Assembly (NCBI RefSeq): GCF_037300705.1
Contig: NZ_CP147776.1
Location: forward strand, 5,026,857 to 5,090,856
Direction: 5' to 3'
DNA length: 64,000 nucleotides
Source of the DNA: Massilia sp. W12
Lineage (GTDB): Bacteria > Pseudomonadota > Gammaproteobacteria > Burkholderiales > Burkholderiaceae_D
Shown: positions 9,601 through 20,437 of the stretch, in pieces
Layout of the letters: every line of letters starts with the position of its first letter
How positions within the stretch are numbered: position 1 is the stretch's first letter
Made by a program: the position numbers and the translations under genes
The notes under the pieces: model-generated
The model's input: the letters and a program-made list of their open reading frames with translations, nothing else
Databases searched by the model: none
What the model was told of the DNA's origin: nothing

Positions 9601-12600
9601 ATGTTTGCTCACCACCCCCGCCAGTTGGCGCTGCGCCCATTGGCGTTTGCCGCCGCACTTTTGCTGGCCGCGCCCGCCCTGGCGAAAGAAGAGAAAAACG
9701 CCTGGGATGTGAATCATCCGCCAGGCGCCAAACAAAGCGTGCAATTGGATGTGCGCAGCGGCACCTGGATGAGCGTCGATGTCAGCCCGGATGGCAAAGA
9801 AGTGCTGTTTGATTTGCTGGGCGATCTGTATGTCTTGCCGCTTGAGGGCGGCGCAGCGCGCGCGTTGACGCGCGGCATGGCCTGGGATATGCAAGCGCGT
9901 TTTGCGCCGGACGGCAAACATATTCTGTATATGTCTGACGCCGGCGGCGGCGATAATCTGTGGCTGATGCAGCGCGATGGCAGTGGCGCGCGGCCCTTGA
10001 CCAAGGAAGATTACCGCCTGCTGAACAATCCGGTCTGGCACCCGCAGGGCGAATATGTGGCGGCGCGCAAGCATATGGTGGGCAGCCGCTCCGCCGGTTC
10101 GGGCGAAATCTGGCTGTATCACAAAGACGGCGGCCAGGGCGTGCAATTGACCGATAAACCGAATTGGCAAAAAGACTCGGGCGAGCCGGCTTTTTCACCG
10201 GACGGGCGCTATCTGTATTACTCCCAGGATGTGACTCCGGGCAGCACCTTTGAATACAATAAAAACAGCCACCGCCAGATTTATCAAATCCTGCGCCGCG
10301 ATTTGCAAGAGGGTAAAACGATTCCGTTTGTGCGCGGGCCGGGCGGCGCGGTGCGTCCCACCCCTTCACCGGATGGCCGCTATCTGGCCTTTGTGCGCCG
10401 CGTGCTGGGACAGTCCACCTTGTTTCTGAAAGATTTGCAAAGCGGCGCGGAAATTCCGGTATGGAATCAGTTGGAGCGCGATTTGCAGGAATCCTGGGCC
10501 ATGCACGGGGTGTATCCCTCGTTTGCCTGGCTGCCCGGCAGCCGCGAACTGGTGATCTGGGCGCGCGGCAAGCTGTGGCGGGTGGCGCCGTTTGACGCCA
10601 GCGGCGCACCGCAGCAGGCCGCCGCCAAAGAAATTCCCTTCCATATCAAAGATACGCGCGAGATCCGTCCCGCGCTGCGGTTTGCGCAGCAAGCCGCGCC
10701 GGAGCAATTTGCGGTGCGTGAATTGCGCTGGCCGCGCGTGGCGCCGCAAGGCGATCAGGTGGCGTATGCGGCTTTGGGCAAAATCTGGCTGCGCAAGCTG
10801 CCGGACGGCAAGCCGCAGCGCATGAGCAGCCAGGAACAACATATGGAAATGTTCCCGGTGTTTTCGCCGGATGGCAAGCAGCTTGCTTACACCACTTGGC
10901 ATGACAGCGAATTTGGCAGCGTGCGGGTGCGCGATCTGGCCAGCGGCAAGGAAGTGGTGTTGAGCAAAGAACCGGGCAAATATCTGTCCCCGGCCTTTTC
11001 CAGCGATGGCCGGCAATTGGCCTGGGTCAAGAGCAGCGCAGCGTATCTGACTTCGCCCTGGCATGGTTTGAACCCCGGGGTGTACGCCGCCGCAGTGCAT
11101 GGCGCCGAGGCGCCGCATTTGCTGACGGAGCACGGCAGCGCGCCGCAATCCGCCGGCGCTCACTGGTATGTCACGCGTAACCGGGCGCTGGATGAAGTCA
11201 GTTTTGAAACCACGCTGGTGCGTCTGGCGCAGGGCGGCAATCCGGAAAGCATCGTCGCCAAGAGCGATGCCGCGAGCGAAATTGTGTTCAGCCCGAATGG
11301 ACGCGAACTGGCGTTTATTGATCACCGCCATGCCTATATCATGCCGGCCCCGCTGACCGGCAAAACGCTGGATGTGAGCCGGCAGGCCGGTTTGCCGCAA
11401 CAAAAATTGGATGTCAACGCGGCCAACGGGGTGCATTTTTCCGGCGATGGGCAGCGCCTGTATTTCACGCTGGGCGCGGAATTGCACAGCCGCGATTTAC
11501 AGAGTTTGCGCCAGCAGCGCAGCGAGCAGGCGCGCAAGGCCGGCCTGGCGGCAGTGAAAAAAGACAATAAGGCGACGGACAAGGCGGCGGCGCAAGGCTG
11601 GCAGCCGCCGGAACAGGGTTTGCCGATCGGCTTTATGCATGCCAGCGACAAGCCGCGCGGCCTGCTGGTGCTGGATGGGGCCAAGATCATCACCATGCAA
11701 GGCGATCAGGTGATTACGCGCGGCCGCATTGTGTTGCAGGACAATCGCATTCTGGCGCTGGGCGAGCAGGATAAGGTGGCGCTGCCGGCCAAGGCGCAGG
11801 TGGTTGATGTCAGCGGCAAAACCATTATTCCCGGCTTAGTCGATGTGCACTGGCATGGCGCGATGGCGGATGATGAGATTACGCCGCAGCAAAGCTGGAT
11901 CAACCACGCTTCGCTGGCGTTTGGCGTGACCACCTTGCATGATCCGTCAAATGATACGGAAGCGATTTTCACGCAAGCAGAATTACAGCGCGCCGGCTTG
12001 ATCACGGCCCCGCGCATTTTTTCGACCGGCACGATTTTATATGGCCCGCGCATTCCCTTCGGTTCGCCGGTGGAAAGCCTGGAGGATGCGCTGACTCACG
12101 TAAAACGCATGAAAGCGCATGGCGCCTTCAGCGTGAAAAGCTATAACCAGCCGCGCCGCGATCAGCGGCAACAGATTGTGGAGGCGGCGCGCCAGCAAAA
12201 CATGATGGTGGTGCCGGAGGGCGGCGCGCTGTTTCAGCACAATATGACCATGATCATCGACGGCCACACCGGAATTGAGCATGCGCTGCCGCTGGAAAAT
12301 GTGTATGAGGATGTGCTTCAGCTGTGGGGACAAAGCAAAGTCGGCTATACGCCAACCTTGGGGGTCGGCTATGGCGGCCTGGACGGTGAGCACTACTGGT
12401 ATGCGCACAGCGAGGTATGGAAGCATCCGCTGCTGACCCGTCATGTCCCGGCTGGCATTCTGCAGGCGCGCGCAGTGCGGCGCGAGCTGGCCCCGGAGCA
12501 GGATTACAATGTGTTCAAGATTGCGCGCGGCGCGCAGCAATTGAGTGCGCATGGGGTGAAAGTGAATCTGGGCGCACACGGCCAGCGCGAAGGTTTGGCC

Positions 12601-12957
12601 GCGCATTGGGAAATGTGGACGCTGGTCAAGGGCGGCATGACGCCGCATCAGGCTTTGCGCAGCGCGACCTTGAACGGCGCGCATTATCTGGGGCTGGATA
12701 AAGATCTGGGTTCGCTGGAAGTCGGCAAGCTGGCGGATCTGGTAGTGCTGGACGCTGACCCGCTGAAGAATATCCGCGATTCGGATAAAGTGCATATGGT
12801 GATGCTGAACGGGCGCTTGTATGATGCGGCTGGCATGCATCAAATCGCGCCGCAGCAAGTCAAGCGCGCGCCATATTATTTTGAACGCAACGCCGGCGCC
12901 GGCATGCAATTGGATGTGGGAGGAGAAATCGGCCATGGACATGGACATGGGCACTGA
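9601..12957 (+). CDS. Secreted large protein with an N-terminal TolB-like beta-propeller repeat region and a C-terminal amidohydrolase domain. It ends in a (Gly-His)4 tail.
   Basis: Signal peptide MFAHHPRQLALRPLAFAAALLLAAPALA. Repeated SPDGK.../FAPDGKHILY motifs. Amidohydrolase motifs (PGLVDVHWHG, HTGIEHA). C-terminus GEIGHGHGHGH*. Confidence 0.75.
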   Translation: MFAHHPRQLALRPLAFAAALLLAAPALAKEEKNAWDVNHPPGAKQSVQLDVRSGTWMSVDVSPDGKEVLFDLLGDLYVLPLEGGAARALTRGMAWDMQARFAPDGKHILYMSDAGGGDNLWLMQRDGSGARPLTKEDYRLLNNPVWHPQGEYVAARKHMVGSRSAGSGEIWLYHKDGGQGVQLTDKPNWQKDSGEPAFSPDGRYLYYSQDVTPGSTFEYNKNSHRQIYQILRRDLQEGKTIPFVRGPGGAVRPTPSPDGRYLAFVRRVLGQSTLFLKDLQSGAEIPVWNQLERDLQESWAMHGVYPSFAWLPGSRELVIWARGKLWRVAPFDASGAPQQAAAKEIPFHIKDTREIRPALRFAQQAAPEQFAVRELRWPRVAPQGDQVAYAALGKIWLRKLPDGKPQRMSSQEQHMEMFPVFSPDGKQLAYTTWHDSEFGSVRVRDLASGKEVVLSKEPGKYLSPAFSSDGRQLAWVKSSAAYLTSPWHGLNPGVYAAAVHGAEAPHLLTEHGSAPQSAGAHWYVTRNRALDEVSFETTLVRLAQGGNPESIVAKSDAASEIVFSPNGRELAFIDHRHAYIMPAPLTGKTLDVSRQAGLPQQKLDVNAANGVHFSGDGQRLYFTLGAELHSRDLQSLRQQRSEQARKAGLAAVKKDNKATDKAAAQGWQPPEQGLPIGFMHASDKPRGLLVLDGAKIITMQGDQVITRGRIVLQDNRILALGEQDKVALPAKAQVVDVSGKTIIPGLVDVHWHGAMADDEITPQQSWINHASLAFGVTTLHDPSNDTEAIFTQAELQRAGLITAPRIFSTGTILYGPRIPFGSPVESLEDALTHVKRMKAHGAFSVKSYNQPRRDQRQQIVEAARQQNMMVVPEGGALFQHNMTMIIDGHTGIEHALPLENVYEDVLQLWGQSKVGYTPTLGVGYGGLDGEHYWYAHSEVWKHPLLTRHVPAGILQARAVRRELAPEQDYNVFKIARGAQQLSAHGVKVNLGAHGQREGLAAHWEMWTLVKGGMTPHQALRSATLNGAHYLGLDKDLGSLEVGKLADLVVLDADPLKNIRDSDKVHMVMLNGRLYDAAGMHQIAPQQVKRAPYYFERNAGAGMQLDVGGEIGHGHGHGH

Positions 12958-13912
12958 AGCAGCCTGGCCGGCAGGCCGCTTTTGCCTCGCGCTGCACGGC
13001 GGGGCCGGCACGATCGTCTGTCCCGAAGTGGAACAAGCGGCCTGGCATGCCGCGCTGCAAAGCGCACTGGAGGCGGGCCGCGCCGTGCTGGCGGCGGATG
13101 GTTCGGCGCAAGCTGCGGTGGTGGCCACGGTGCAGGCGCTGGAGGATTGTCCCCTGTTCAACGCCGGGCGCGGTGCGGTATATGACGAGAGCGGCAGTTT
13201 CAGTCTGGACGCTTGCGTGATGGAAGGCGCGCACAAACGCGCCGGCGCGATTGCCGGGGCGCCGGATGTGGCCAACCCGGTGCTGTTGGCGCAGGCGGTG
13301 CTGGAGGAAGGGTTTAGCGTCTTATTGGGCGGGGCCGGGGCGCAGGCGTTTGCGCGCGCCCAGGGTTTCGCCGCCATGCCGGCGGAATATTTCGCCACCG
13401 CACAGCGTTATGCGCAATGGCAGGCAGTGCGCGGCGGACAGGCGGCGAGTGAATTGGATCATGATGCGGCGGCGCGTCTGGCCCAGCCCTTGCGGGAAGA
13501 CGGCAAGCTGGGCACGGTGGGCGCGGTGGCGCGCGACCGCGCCGGCAATCTGGCCGCCGCCACTTCGACCGGCGGCATGACCAATAAACGCCTGGGCCGC
13601 ATCGGCGATTCCCCGCTGGTCGGGGCTGGCTGCTATGCCGAAAACGGCGTGGCGGCGATTTCCTGCACCGGCACCGGCGAACATTTCATCCGCAGCGTGC
13701 TGGCGCACCAAGTGGCCTGCCGCATGCGTTTCGGCGGCCAGGATCTGAGCAGCGCCTGCGCCGCCGCCCTGGCCGAAATGCAAGCCCTGGGCGGCCAGGG
13801 CGGCCTGATCGCCATCGACGCCGCCGGCCGCATCAGCCTGCCTTTCACCACACGCGGCATGTATCGCGCCTGGCTGCGCGAGGGAGAGATGGGGGGGACG
13901 GGGATTTTTTGA
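12935..13912 (+). CDS. iaaA: Isoaspartyl peptidase / L-asparaginase (Ntn-hydrolase, plant-type asparaginase family).
   Basis: LALHGGAGT start region and the autoproteolytic/active-site motif GTVGAVARDRAGNLAAATSTGGMTNKRLGRIGDSPLVGAG. The start overlaps the upstream stop, so it is ambiguous (12935/12941/12947). Confidence 0.8.
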   Translation: MDMDMGTEAAWPAGRFCLALHGGAGTIVCPEVEQAAWHAALQSALEAGRAVLAADGSAQAAVVATVQALEDCPLFNAGRGAVYDESGSFSLDACVMEGAHKRAGAIAGAPDVANPVLLAQAVLEEGFSVLLGGAGAQAFARAQGFAAMPAEYFATAQRYAQWQAVRGGQAASELDHDAAARLAQPLREDGKLGTVGAVARDRAGNLAAATSTGGMTNKRLGRIGDSPLVGAGCYAENGVAAISCTGTGEHFIRSVLAHQVACRMRFGGQDLSSACAAALAEMQALGGQGGLIAIDAAGRISLPFTTRGMYRAWLREGEMGGTGIF

Positions 13913-14735
13913 AATAGGCAGCAGTTCCAGCTGCCTGAAACACAACCATGTGCTTCGACAGGCTCAGCACGAACGGCAAAAGAAAAGTACTTGTTCCAGC
14001 TCTGCCATGGGGATTACTCCTTGCCTTGGGTTGTAAGCCGGGTTTTACCAGCTTGTATTCTCGCACCGGATGGCGGCGAGTTAAAGCGGCATTGCGCCAT
14101 TCTATTTGCAGCAAACCAGACAGATGCAAATTGACGCGTGAAGTTTCCCGCTGGATGGCGCCCCCCTGGCTTCCTTCATGCACAAAACCGATGATTGCCT
14201 CATCGCTCAAGCGGTGAATGGCAAAATGGCGTTGGTCTTCTGATAGATGCATCCAGCGTTCCAGGCGCCGATCGTTTGCCTACTAGGGCATGGTGGAGAG
14301 CTTGGCAGACGCTTGATGGCTGCATCGCTATACCAGGCATGTATCTGAGATAAATTTTCTGCGGTATGCAGCGCCAGAGGAATATCTATGCCTTTTGCTA
14401 TACGGGGGCCGAAATTCATATCTGAAAACTCCCGGAGCAGTGATTAAACAGAGTGCGAATGCTGTGCAACAGGATTTCACTTGCGCTGCCGATTGTCCAG
14501 AGTTTTCAATCGCATCAGCGCCATTGGTTTTAGCAGTACGGCGTCAGCTCAGCCGACTCTCATCGCATGAGGATTGATTCCAGATCTTCTCCACCACCAT
14601 AAACGCCCCATAAAAAAACCTCCACTCCAAGCAAAAAACATTGACGCTTACCTTTCCCGCATAAGATGATATCCGTGTGATATCACATTGCGCCCCTCTG
14701 CGGCATTCAATGCACTCTCTGTCTATGGAGTTCTT

Positions 14736-15599
14736 ATGTACACCACCAAAGAAAAAATCGTCACCGGCATGGATGGCTATCTGGCTATCGTCTGTGGCTT
14801 GGGATTTGGCGCGCTGGCCTTGGTCGGCGCGGCCAATGAATATTTTTCCGCCATGTTGATCGGCGCGCCGCTGGCCCTGCTGTTTCTGAGCGGTTTATGC
14901 ACGCTGGAGCCGAATCAGGCGGCGGTGCTGACGCTGTTTGGCGCCTATCATGGCACGCTGCGCACGCCTGGCTTGCGCTGGGTGTTTCCGCTGTATCACA
15001 AAACCCGCGTCTCGCTGCGCGCCAACAGCTTGAATATGGAAAAGCTGAAGGTCAATGATAAGCGCGGCAATCCGGTTGAGATCGCCGCTGCGGTGGTGTG
15101 GAAAATTGAAGATTCTGCGCGTGCGGTGTTTGATGTCGAAGATTATCAAGCCTTTGTGCGGGTGCAGGCGGAAGCGGCGCTGCGCCATGTGGTCACGGAA
15201 TTCAATTATGACCATGGCGAAGATGAAAATGAGCATGAAATGACGCTGATGAATGGCGGCGAGGAATTTTTACGCAAATTGGCCGAAGCGGTGCAGGTGC
15301 GCACCGCCGCTGCCGGCATCTGTGTCCCGGAAGCGCGTTTGACGCATCTGGCGTATGCGCCGGAAATCGCCGGCGTGATGTTGCGCCGCCAGCAGGCGGA
15401 GGCGGTGATTGCGGCGCGCAAGAAAATCGTCAGCGGCGCGGTGGGTATGGTTGAGCTGGCGCTGAAACAATTGTCGGAAAAACAGGTGGTGCAGTTGGAC
15501 GATGAGCGCAAGGCGGCGATGGTGTCGAATCTGCTGGTGGTGCTGTGCGCCGACCGCGAGGCGGAACCGGTGATCAATACCGGCACGCTGTATAACTGA
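14736..15599 (+). CDS. SPFH/band-7 domain protein (stomatin/prohibitin superfamily).
   Basis: N-terminal TM segment (GYLAIVCGLGFGALALVGAA) followed by an SPFH-like core. Start chosen at MYTTKEK. Confidence 0.7.
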   Translation: MYTTKEKIVTGMDGYLAIVCGLGFGALALVGAANEYFSAMLIGAPLALLFLSGLCTLEPNQAAVLTLFGAYHGTLRTPGLRWVFPLYHKTRVSLRANSLNMEKLKVNDKRGNPVEIAAAVVWKIEDSARAVFDVEDYQAFVRVQAEAALRHVVTEFNYDHGEDENEHEMTLMNGGEEFLRKLAEAVQVRTAAAGICVPEARLTHLAYAPEIAGVMLRRQQAEAVIAARKKIVSGAVGMVELALKQLSEKQVVQLDDERKAAMVSNLLVVLCADREAEPVINTGTLYN

Positions 15600-15614
15600 G
15601 TCGCCTGAGGAGCT

Positions 15615-15800
15615 GTGATGGCAGGCGCGCGCAAACAGTTTTTGCTGCGTTTGGATCCGCAGCTATGGGCCGAGCTGGAAAGCCTGGCGGCGCAGGAAAT
15701 GCGCAGTGTGAATGGACAGATTGAATATCTGTTGCGCCAAGCGCTGCGCAAACAGCGCGCGTCTGCTGCGGCAGAAGAAGCGGATAAAGGGACGGAATAA
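15615..15800 (+). CDS. Arc/MetJ-type ribbon-helix-helix DNA-binding protein (61 aa), co-operonic with the SPFH gene.
   Basis: [44 protein letters not shown] is an Arc-like RHH pattern. It lies 15 bp downstream of the SPFH stop. Confidence 0.55.
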   Translation: MMAGARKQFLLRLDPQLWAELESLAAQEMRSVNGQIEYLLRQALRKQRASAAAEEADKGTE

Positions 15801-15861
15801 AGTCCTGGCGCGTTGCTTCAGTATTTCAGCCTGCTTGACGGGCGCATGCCAGCTGCTTGGG

Positions 15862-16071
15862 CGGACATGGGCGCAAAAAAACCCGCAGCAGCTTGCGTCT
15901 GTGCGGGTTTTTTTACTGCATTGCGGCGGATGCCGCAAAGCTGCTTTATACGCGCTCGAAAATACCAGCCGCGCCCATGCCGGCGCCGACGCACATGGTC
16001 ACCATGCCGTACTTCAGCTTGTTACGCTGCAGCGTGGGCGCCACGGTTGCGGCGCACGCTGGCGCACGCCA
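15862..16071. repeat. Partial tandem duplication (~210 bp) of the 3' end of the fadA/thiolase gene together with its rho-independent terminator.
   Basis: 15862-16071 and 16077-16290 both read ...ccagctgcttgggcggacatgggcgcaaaaaaacccgcagcagcttgcg...gggttttttactgcattgcggcggatgccgcaa.gctgctttatacgcgctcgaaaataccagccgcgcccatgcc... ORF 15946..16215 ends ...LQRNKLKYGMVTMCVGAGMGAAGIFERV, like the thiolase C-terminus. Confidence 0.85.
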
Positions 16072-16094
16072 GCTGCTTGGGCGGACATGGGCGC

Positions 16095-16135
16095 AAAAAA
16101 AACCCGCAGCAGCTTGCGCCATTGCGGGGTTTTTT
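16095..16135. terminator. Bidirectional rho-independent terminator downstream of fadA (GC-rich hairpin flanked by A and T runs). A second copy is at about 15877-15917.
   Basis: aaaaaaaacccgcagcagcttgcgccattgcggggttttttac: an inverted repeat with a T-run on the plus strand and an A-run (a T-run on the minus strand). Confidence 0.6.
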
Positions 16136-16166
16136 ACTGCATTGCGGCGGATGCCGCAATGCTGCT

Positions 16167-17363
<1,197 letters not shown>

Positions 17364-17425
17364 GATTTTCTCGATCTCGTTAAATTCTGCGGTCGCGGGG
17401 CTGTCCCTGCGGCGGTTCAATCCTG

Positions 17426-17854
17426 TTATGCCTTCGGCTCTTTAAAACTCAAATGCCAATCGACTTGCATCTGGCACACCTGCACTCCGGCGCTGTCGAA
17501 AATATCGACTTGCACCGGAAACGCGAGCTTGCGCTCGGCGTGCAATTGCGCTTTGAGTGCGGCCAGATCGCCTTCGACCTTGGCGCGCGCCAGCGTGCCG
17601 CCCTGCGCCACTTTCTGGTAGCGGATGGTGGCTTGCTTGGCCAGCGGACGCAATTGCATGATCAGCTCGGCAAAGCCGCCCGCCATCGCCGCCCCCGAGG
17701 CGGTTTCCGCCAGGGTGAACAGGGCGCCGGCGTGCTGGGTGCCGATGTGGTTATGCAATTTGGCGTCGTCCGGCATGCTGGTTTCGGCAGTGCCGGGGCC
17801 AATCGCATCGATGCGGATGCCCAGCAACTGCGCGAACGGCAGCGAACTCATCAT
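17426..17854 (-). CDS. Hotdog-fold thioesterase (PaaI-family-like).
   Basis: …LPFAQLLGIRIDAIGPGTAE… and the thioesterase-superfamily pattern (HAGALFTLAETASGAA). Sits between fadB-like and fadA. Confidence 0.55.
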   Translation of the reverse strand: MMSSLPFAQLLGIRIDAIGPGTAETSMPDDAKLHNHIGTQHAGALFTLAETASGAAMAGGFAELIMQLRPLAKQATIRYQKVAQGGTLARAKVEGDLAALKAQLHAERKLAFPVQVDIFDSAGVQVCQMQVDWHLSFKEPKA

Positions 17855-17934
17855 ATGTTGCGCAATTTGCTGGTACACGATGCTTGGCCTCACAAATAAC
17901 AGGATTTTGAACAGCAGGGACTTCATCGCGCTGA

Positions 17935-20319
17935 TCAGTTACGCACCGGCTTGCCGGTTTGCAACATGCCCATGATGCGTTCCTGGGTCTTGGGTTCGTT
18001 CAGCAGGGCGATGAAAGCCTTGCGTTCGCGATCCAGAATCCATTGCTCATCGACGATGCTGCCGGCGTCAATGTCGCCGCCTGAGACGATTTCCGCAATC
18101 ATGCCGCCCAGTTTGTAGTCGTAAGCGGAGATGAAGCCGCCGTCGCGCATATTCACCAGGGAAGCCATGATGGTGCCCAGGGTGTAACGGCCGCCGACCG
18201 GGAACTTGGCGCGGTGCGGGGCACGGTAGCCACCGTCAAACATGGCGCGCGCTTCGTTTTTGGCCACATACAGCAATTCATACGGGTTGAACACGATCAC
18301 GTCTTGCGGCGTCAGATAACCCATCTTGCGCGCTTCCAAGGCAGACTTCGAGACGTTCGCGGTGGCGGCGTTCATGAAGTTGTCTTTCAGGAATTGCAGC
18401 AAATCATTGCCTTGCGCGTTGTTGGCGGCGCGCAGCGCGGCTTCTTTCAAACCGCCGCCCGCCGGGATCAGGCCCACGCCCACTTCCACCAGACCGATAT
18501 ACGATTCCAACAGCGCGACGCGGCGGCTGGCGTGCAACAACATTTCGCAACCGCCGCCCAGGGCGATGCCGCCCACCGCTGCAATCACCGGCACGTTGGA
18601 ATATTTCAAATCCATGAAGGTGTTTTGCAAATCGGCGATCATCGGCTCCAGCGCCTTGGCCCCGCCGGCCATGAATTTCGGCAGTGCGGATTGCAGATCG
18701 GCGCCGGCGGAGAACGGCCCGCCTTCGGTCACGTCGGTATTCCAAATCACCAGACCCTTGAAGTTCTTTTGCGCTTCGGCCAGGGCCAGTTTGAAGCCGT
18801 TGATCACGCCTTCGCCAATCACATGCATCTTGGTCTTCAGGGAGATGATCAGCACGTCATCGTTTTGATGCCATACGCGCACCGATTCATCTTCATGCAC
18901 GGTGACGCCGGCTTCGGTAGCCGGGGTTTGCGCGCTGCCAAACAGCGGCGCACGGAAAGCTTGACGCGCATATACCGGCAAATCGGAACGCGGCACTTGG
19001 CTGTTGGTGGCGGCGGAGTAGCTGCCGTCGGCATTGTGCACGCCGTCGCGCTCAAACACCCAGGCCGGCAGCGGCGCATTGCACAGTGCTTTGCCGGCTT
19101 CAATGTCTTCTTTCACCCATTCCGCCACTTGGCGCCAGCCGGCGGCTTGCCAGGTTTCAAACGGGCCGACGTTCCAGCCAAAGCCCCAACGCATGGCGAA
19201 GTCGATTTCGCGCGCGCTGTCGGCGATGTCAGCCAGATGGATCGCGATGTAGTGGAAGGCGTCGCGGAAAATCGCCCACAGGAATTGTGCTTGCGGGTTG
19301 CTCGATTCACGCATGGCTTTCATGCGCTTAACCGGATCTTTTTCCTTCAGGATGCGAACCACGATGTCAGCCGCTTTGGCGCCGCCCGCCACATATTCAC
19401 CGCTGGCGAAGTCCAGGCGCAGGATGTCTTTGCCGACTTTTTTGTAGAAACCGGCACCGCTCTTTTGGCCCAGTGCGCCGGCTTCGATCAGCTTGGACAG
19501 CACAGCCGGGGTTTTGTAAGCCGCCGCGAACGGGTCGTTCGGCAGCGTGTCTTGCATGGTCTTGATCACATGGCCCATGGTGTCCAGGCCAACCACGTCG
19601 GCGGTGCGGAAGGTGCCGGACTTGGCGCGGCCCAGCTTGGCGCCGGTCAGATCGTCCACCACATCGCAGGACAGACCGAATTTTTCCGCTTCGTAGATGG
19701 TGGCCAGCATGCCGAACACGCCAACGCGGTTGGCGATGAAGTTCGGCGTGTCTTTGGCCCGCACCACGCCCTTGCCCAGGGTGGTGGTGAGGAACACTTC
19801 GAGCTGGTCCAGAATCGCCGGATTGGTGTCGGTGGTGGGGATCAATTCCACCAGATGCATATAGCGCGGCGGGTTGAAGAAGTGCACGCCGCAGAAGCGT
19901 TGTTTGAGCGTGGCGTCAAAGCCTTCGGCCAGTTTATTGATCGACAGGCCGGAAGTGTTGGAAGCAAAAATCGCGCCTTCAGCGATGAAGGGCGCGACTT
20001 TTTTGTACAGATCATGTTTCCAGTCCATGCGCTCGGCAATTGCTTCGATCACCAGATCGCAGCCGCGCAGCAGTTCCAGATTGTCTTCGTAGTTGGCGAC
20101 TTCGATATATTGCGCGTCGTCTTTATTGCCCAGAGGCGCCGGGCTGAGTTTCTTCAGATTTTCAATAGCGCGCAATACGATGCCATTCTTCGGACCTTCC
20201 TTGGCAGGCAAGTCGAACAATACCACCGGCACTTTGGCGTTGACACAGTGTGCGGCGATTTGTGCGCCCATCACCCCTGCGCCCAGCACCGCAACTTTTT
20301 TAACGATGAAATTAGTCAT
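17935..20319 (-). CDS. Fatty-acid oxidation multifunctional enzyme: 3-hydroxyacyl-CoA dehydrogenase (N-terminal, NAD-binding) fused to enoyl-CoA hydratase/isomerase (C-terminal).
   Basis: MTNFIVKKVAVLGAGVMGAQIA Rossmann motif at the N-terminus. Crotonase-fold region with …AAVGGIALGGGCEMLL…, 794 aa. Confidence 0.85.
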   Translation of the reverse strand: MTNFIVKKVAVLGAGVMGAQIAAHCVNAKVPVVLFDLPAKEGPKNGIVLRAIENLKKLSPAPLGNKDDAQYIEVANYEDNLELLRGCDLVIEAIAERMDWKHDLYKKVAPFIAEGAIFASNTSGLSINKLAEGFDATLKQRFCGVHFFNPPRYMHLVELIPTTDTNPAILDQLEVFLTTTLGKGVVRAKDTPNFIANRVGVFGMLATIYEAEKFGLSCDVVDDLTGAKLGRAKSGTFRTADVVGLDTMGHVIKTMQDTLPNDPFAAAYKTPAVLSKLIEAGALGQKSGAGFYKKVGKDILRLDFASGEYVAGGAKAADIVVRILKEKDPVKRMKAMRESSNPQAQFLWAIFRDAFHYIAIHLADIADSAREIDFAMRWGFGWNVGPFETWQAAGWRQVAEWVKEDIEAGKALCNAPLPAWVFERDGVHNADGSYSAATNSQVPRSDLPVYARQAFRAPLFGSAQTPATEAGVTVHEDESVRVWHQNDDVLIISLKTKMHVIGEGVINGFKLALAEAQKNFKGLVIWNTDVTEGGPFSAGADLQSALPKFMAGGAKALEPMIADLQNTFMDLKYSNVPVIAAVGGIALGGGCEMLLHASRRVALLESYIGLVEVGVGLIPAGGGLKEAALRAANNAQGNDLLQFLKDNFMNAATANVSKSALEARKMGYLTPQDVIVFNPYELLYVAKNEARAMFDGGYRAPHRAKFPVGGRYTLGTIMASLVNMRDGGFISAYDYKLGGMIAEIVSGGDIDAGSIVDEQWILDRERKAFIALLNEPKTQERIMGMLQTGKPVRN

Positions 20320-20437
20320 GGAAACCCTTTGTAAGGTTGAACTGCTCCGCCAGACGGCGGAAAACTTGGGCGCGCCAGCCTGGCGCGCCCGCTTACCTGA
20401 GCAACGGCGCGGTTAAACGCTGCGCCGCATTGTGCGC

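Noticed and set aside
8056-13398. Long antisense ORFs in the ORF track (for example 8056..8961, 9190..10170, 9782..10609, 10366..11487, 12037..13398) opposite mrcA, the amidohydrolase gene and iaaA
   Set aside because: They lie entirely within better-supported genes on the other strand. Their Arg/Ala/Gly/Pro-rich, motif-free translations are typical of open frames generated by high GC, and none has a plausible start context.
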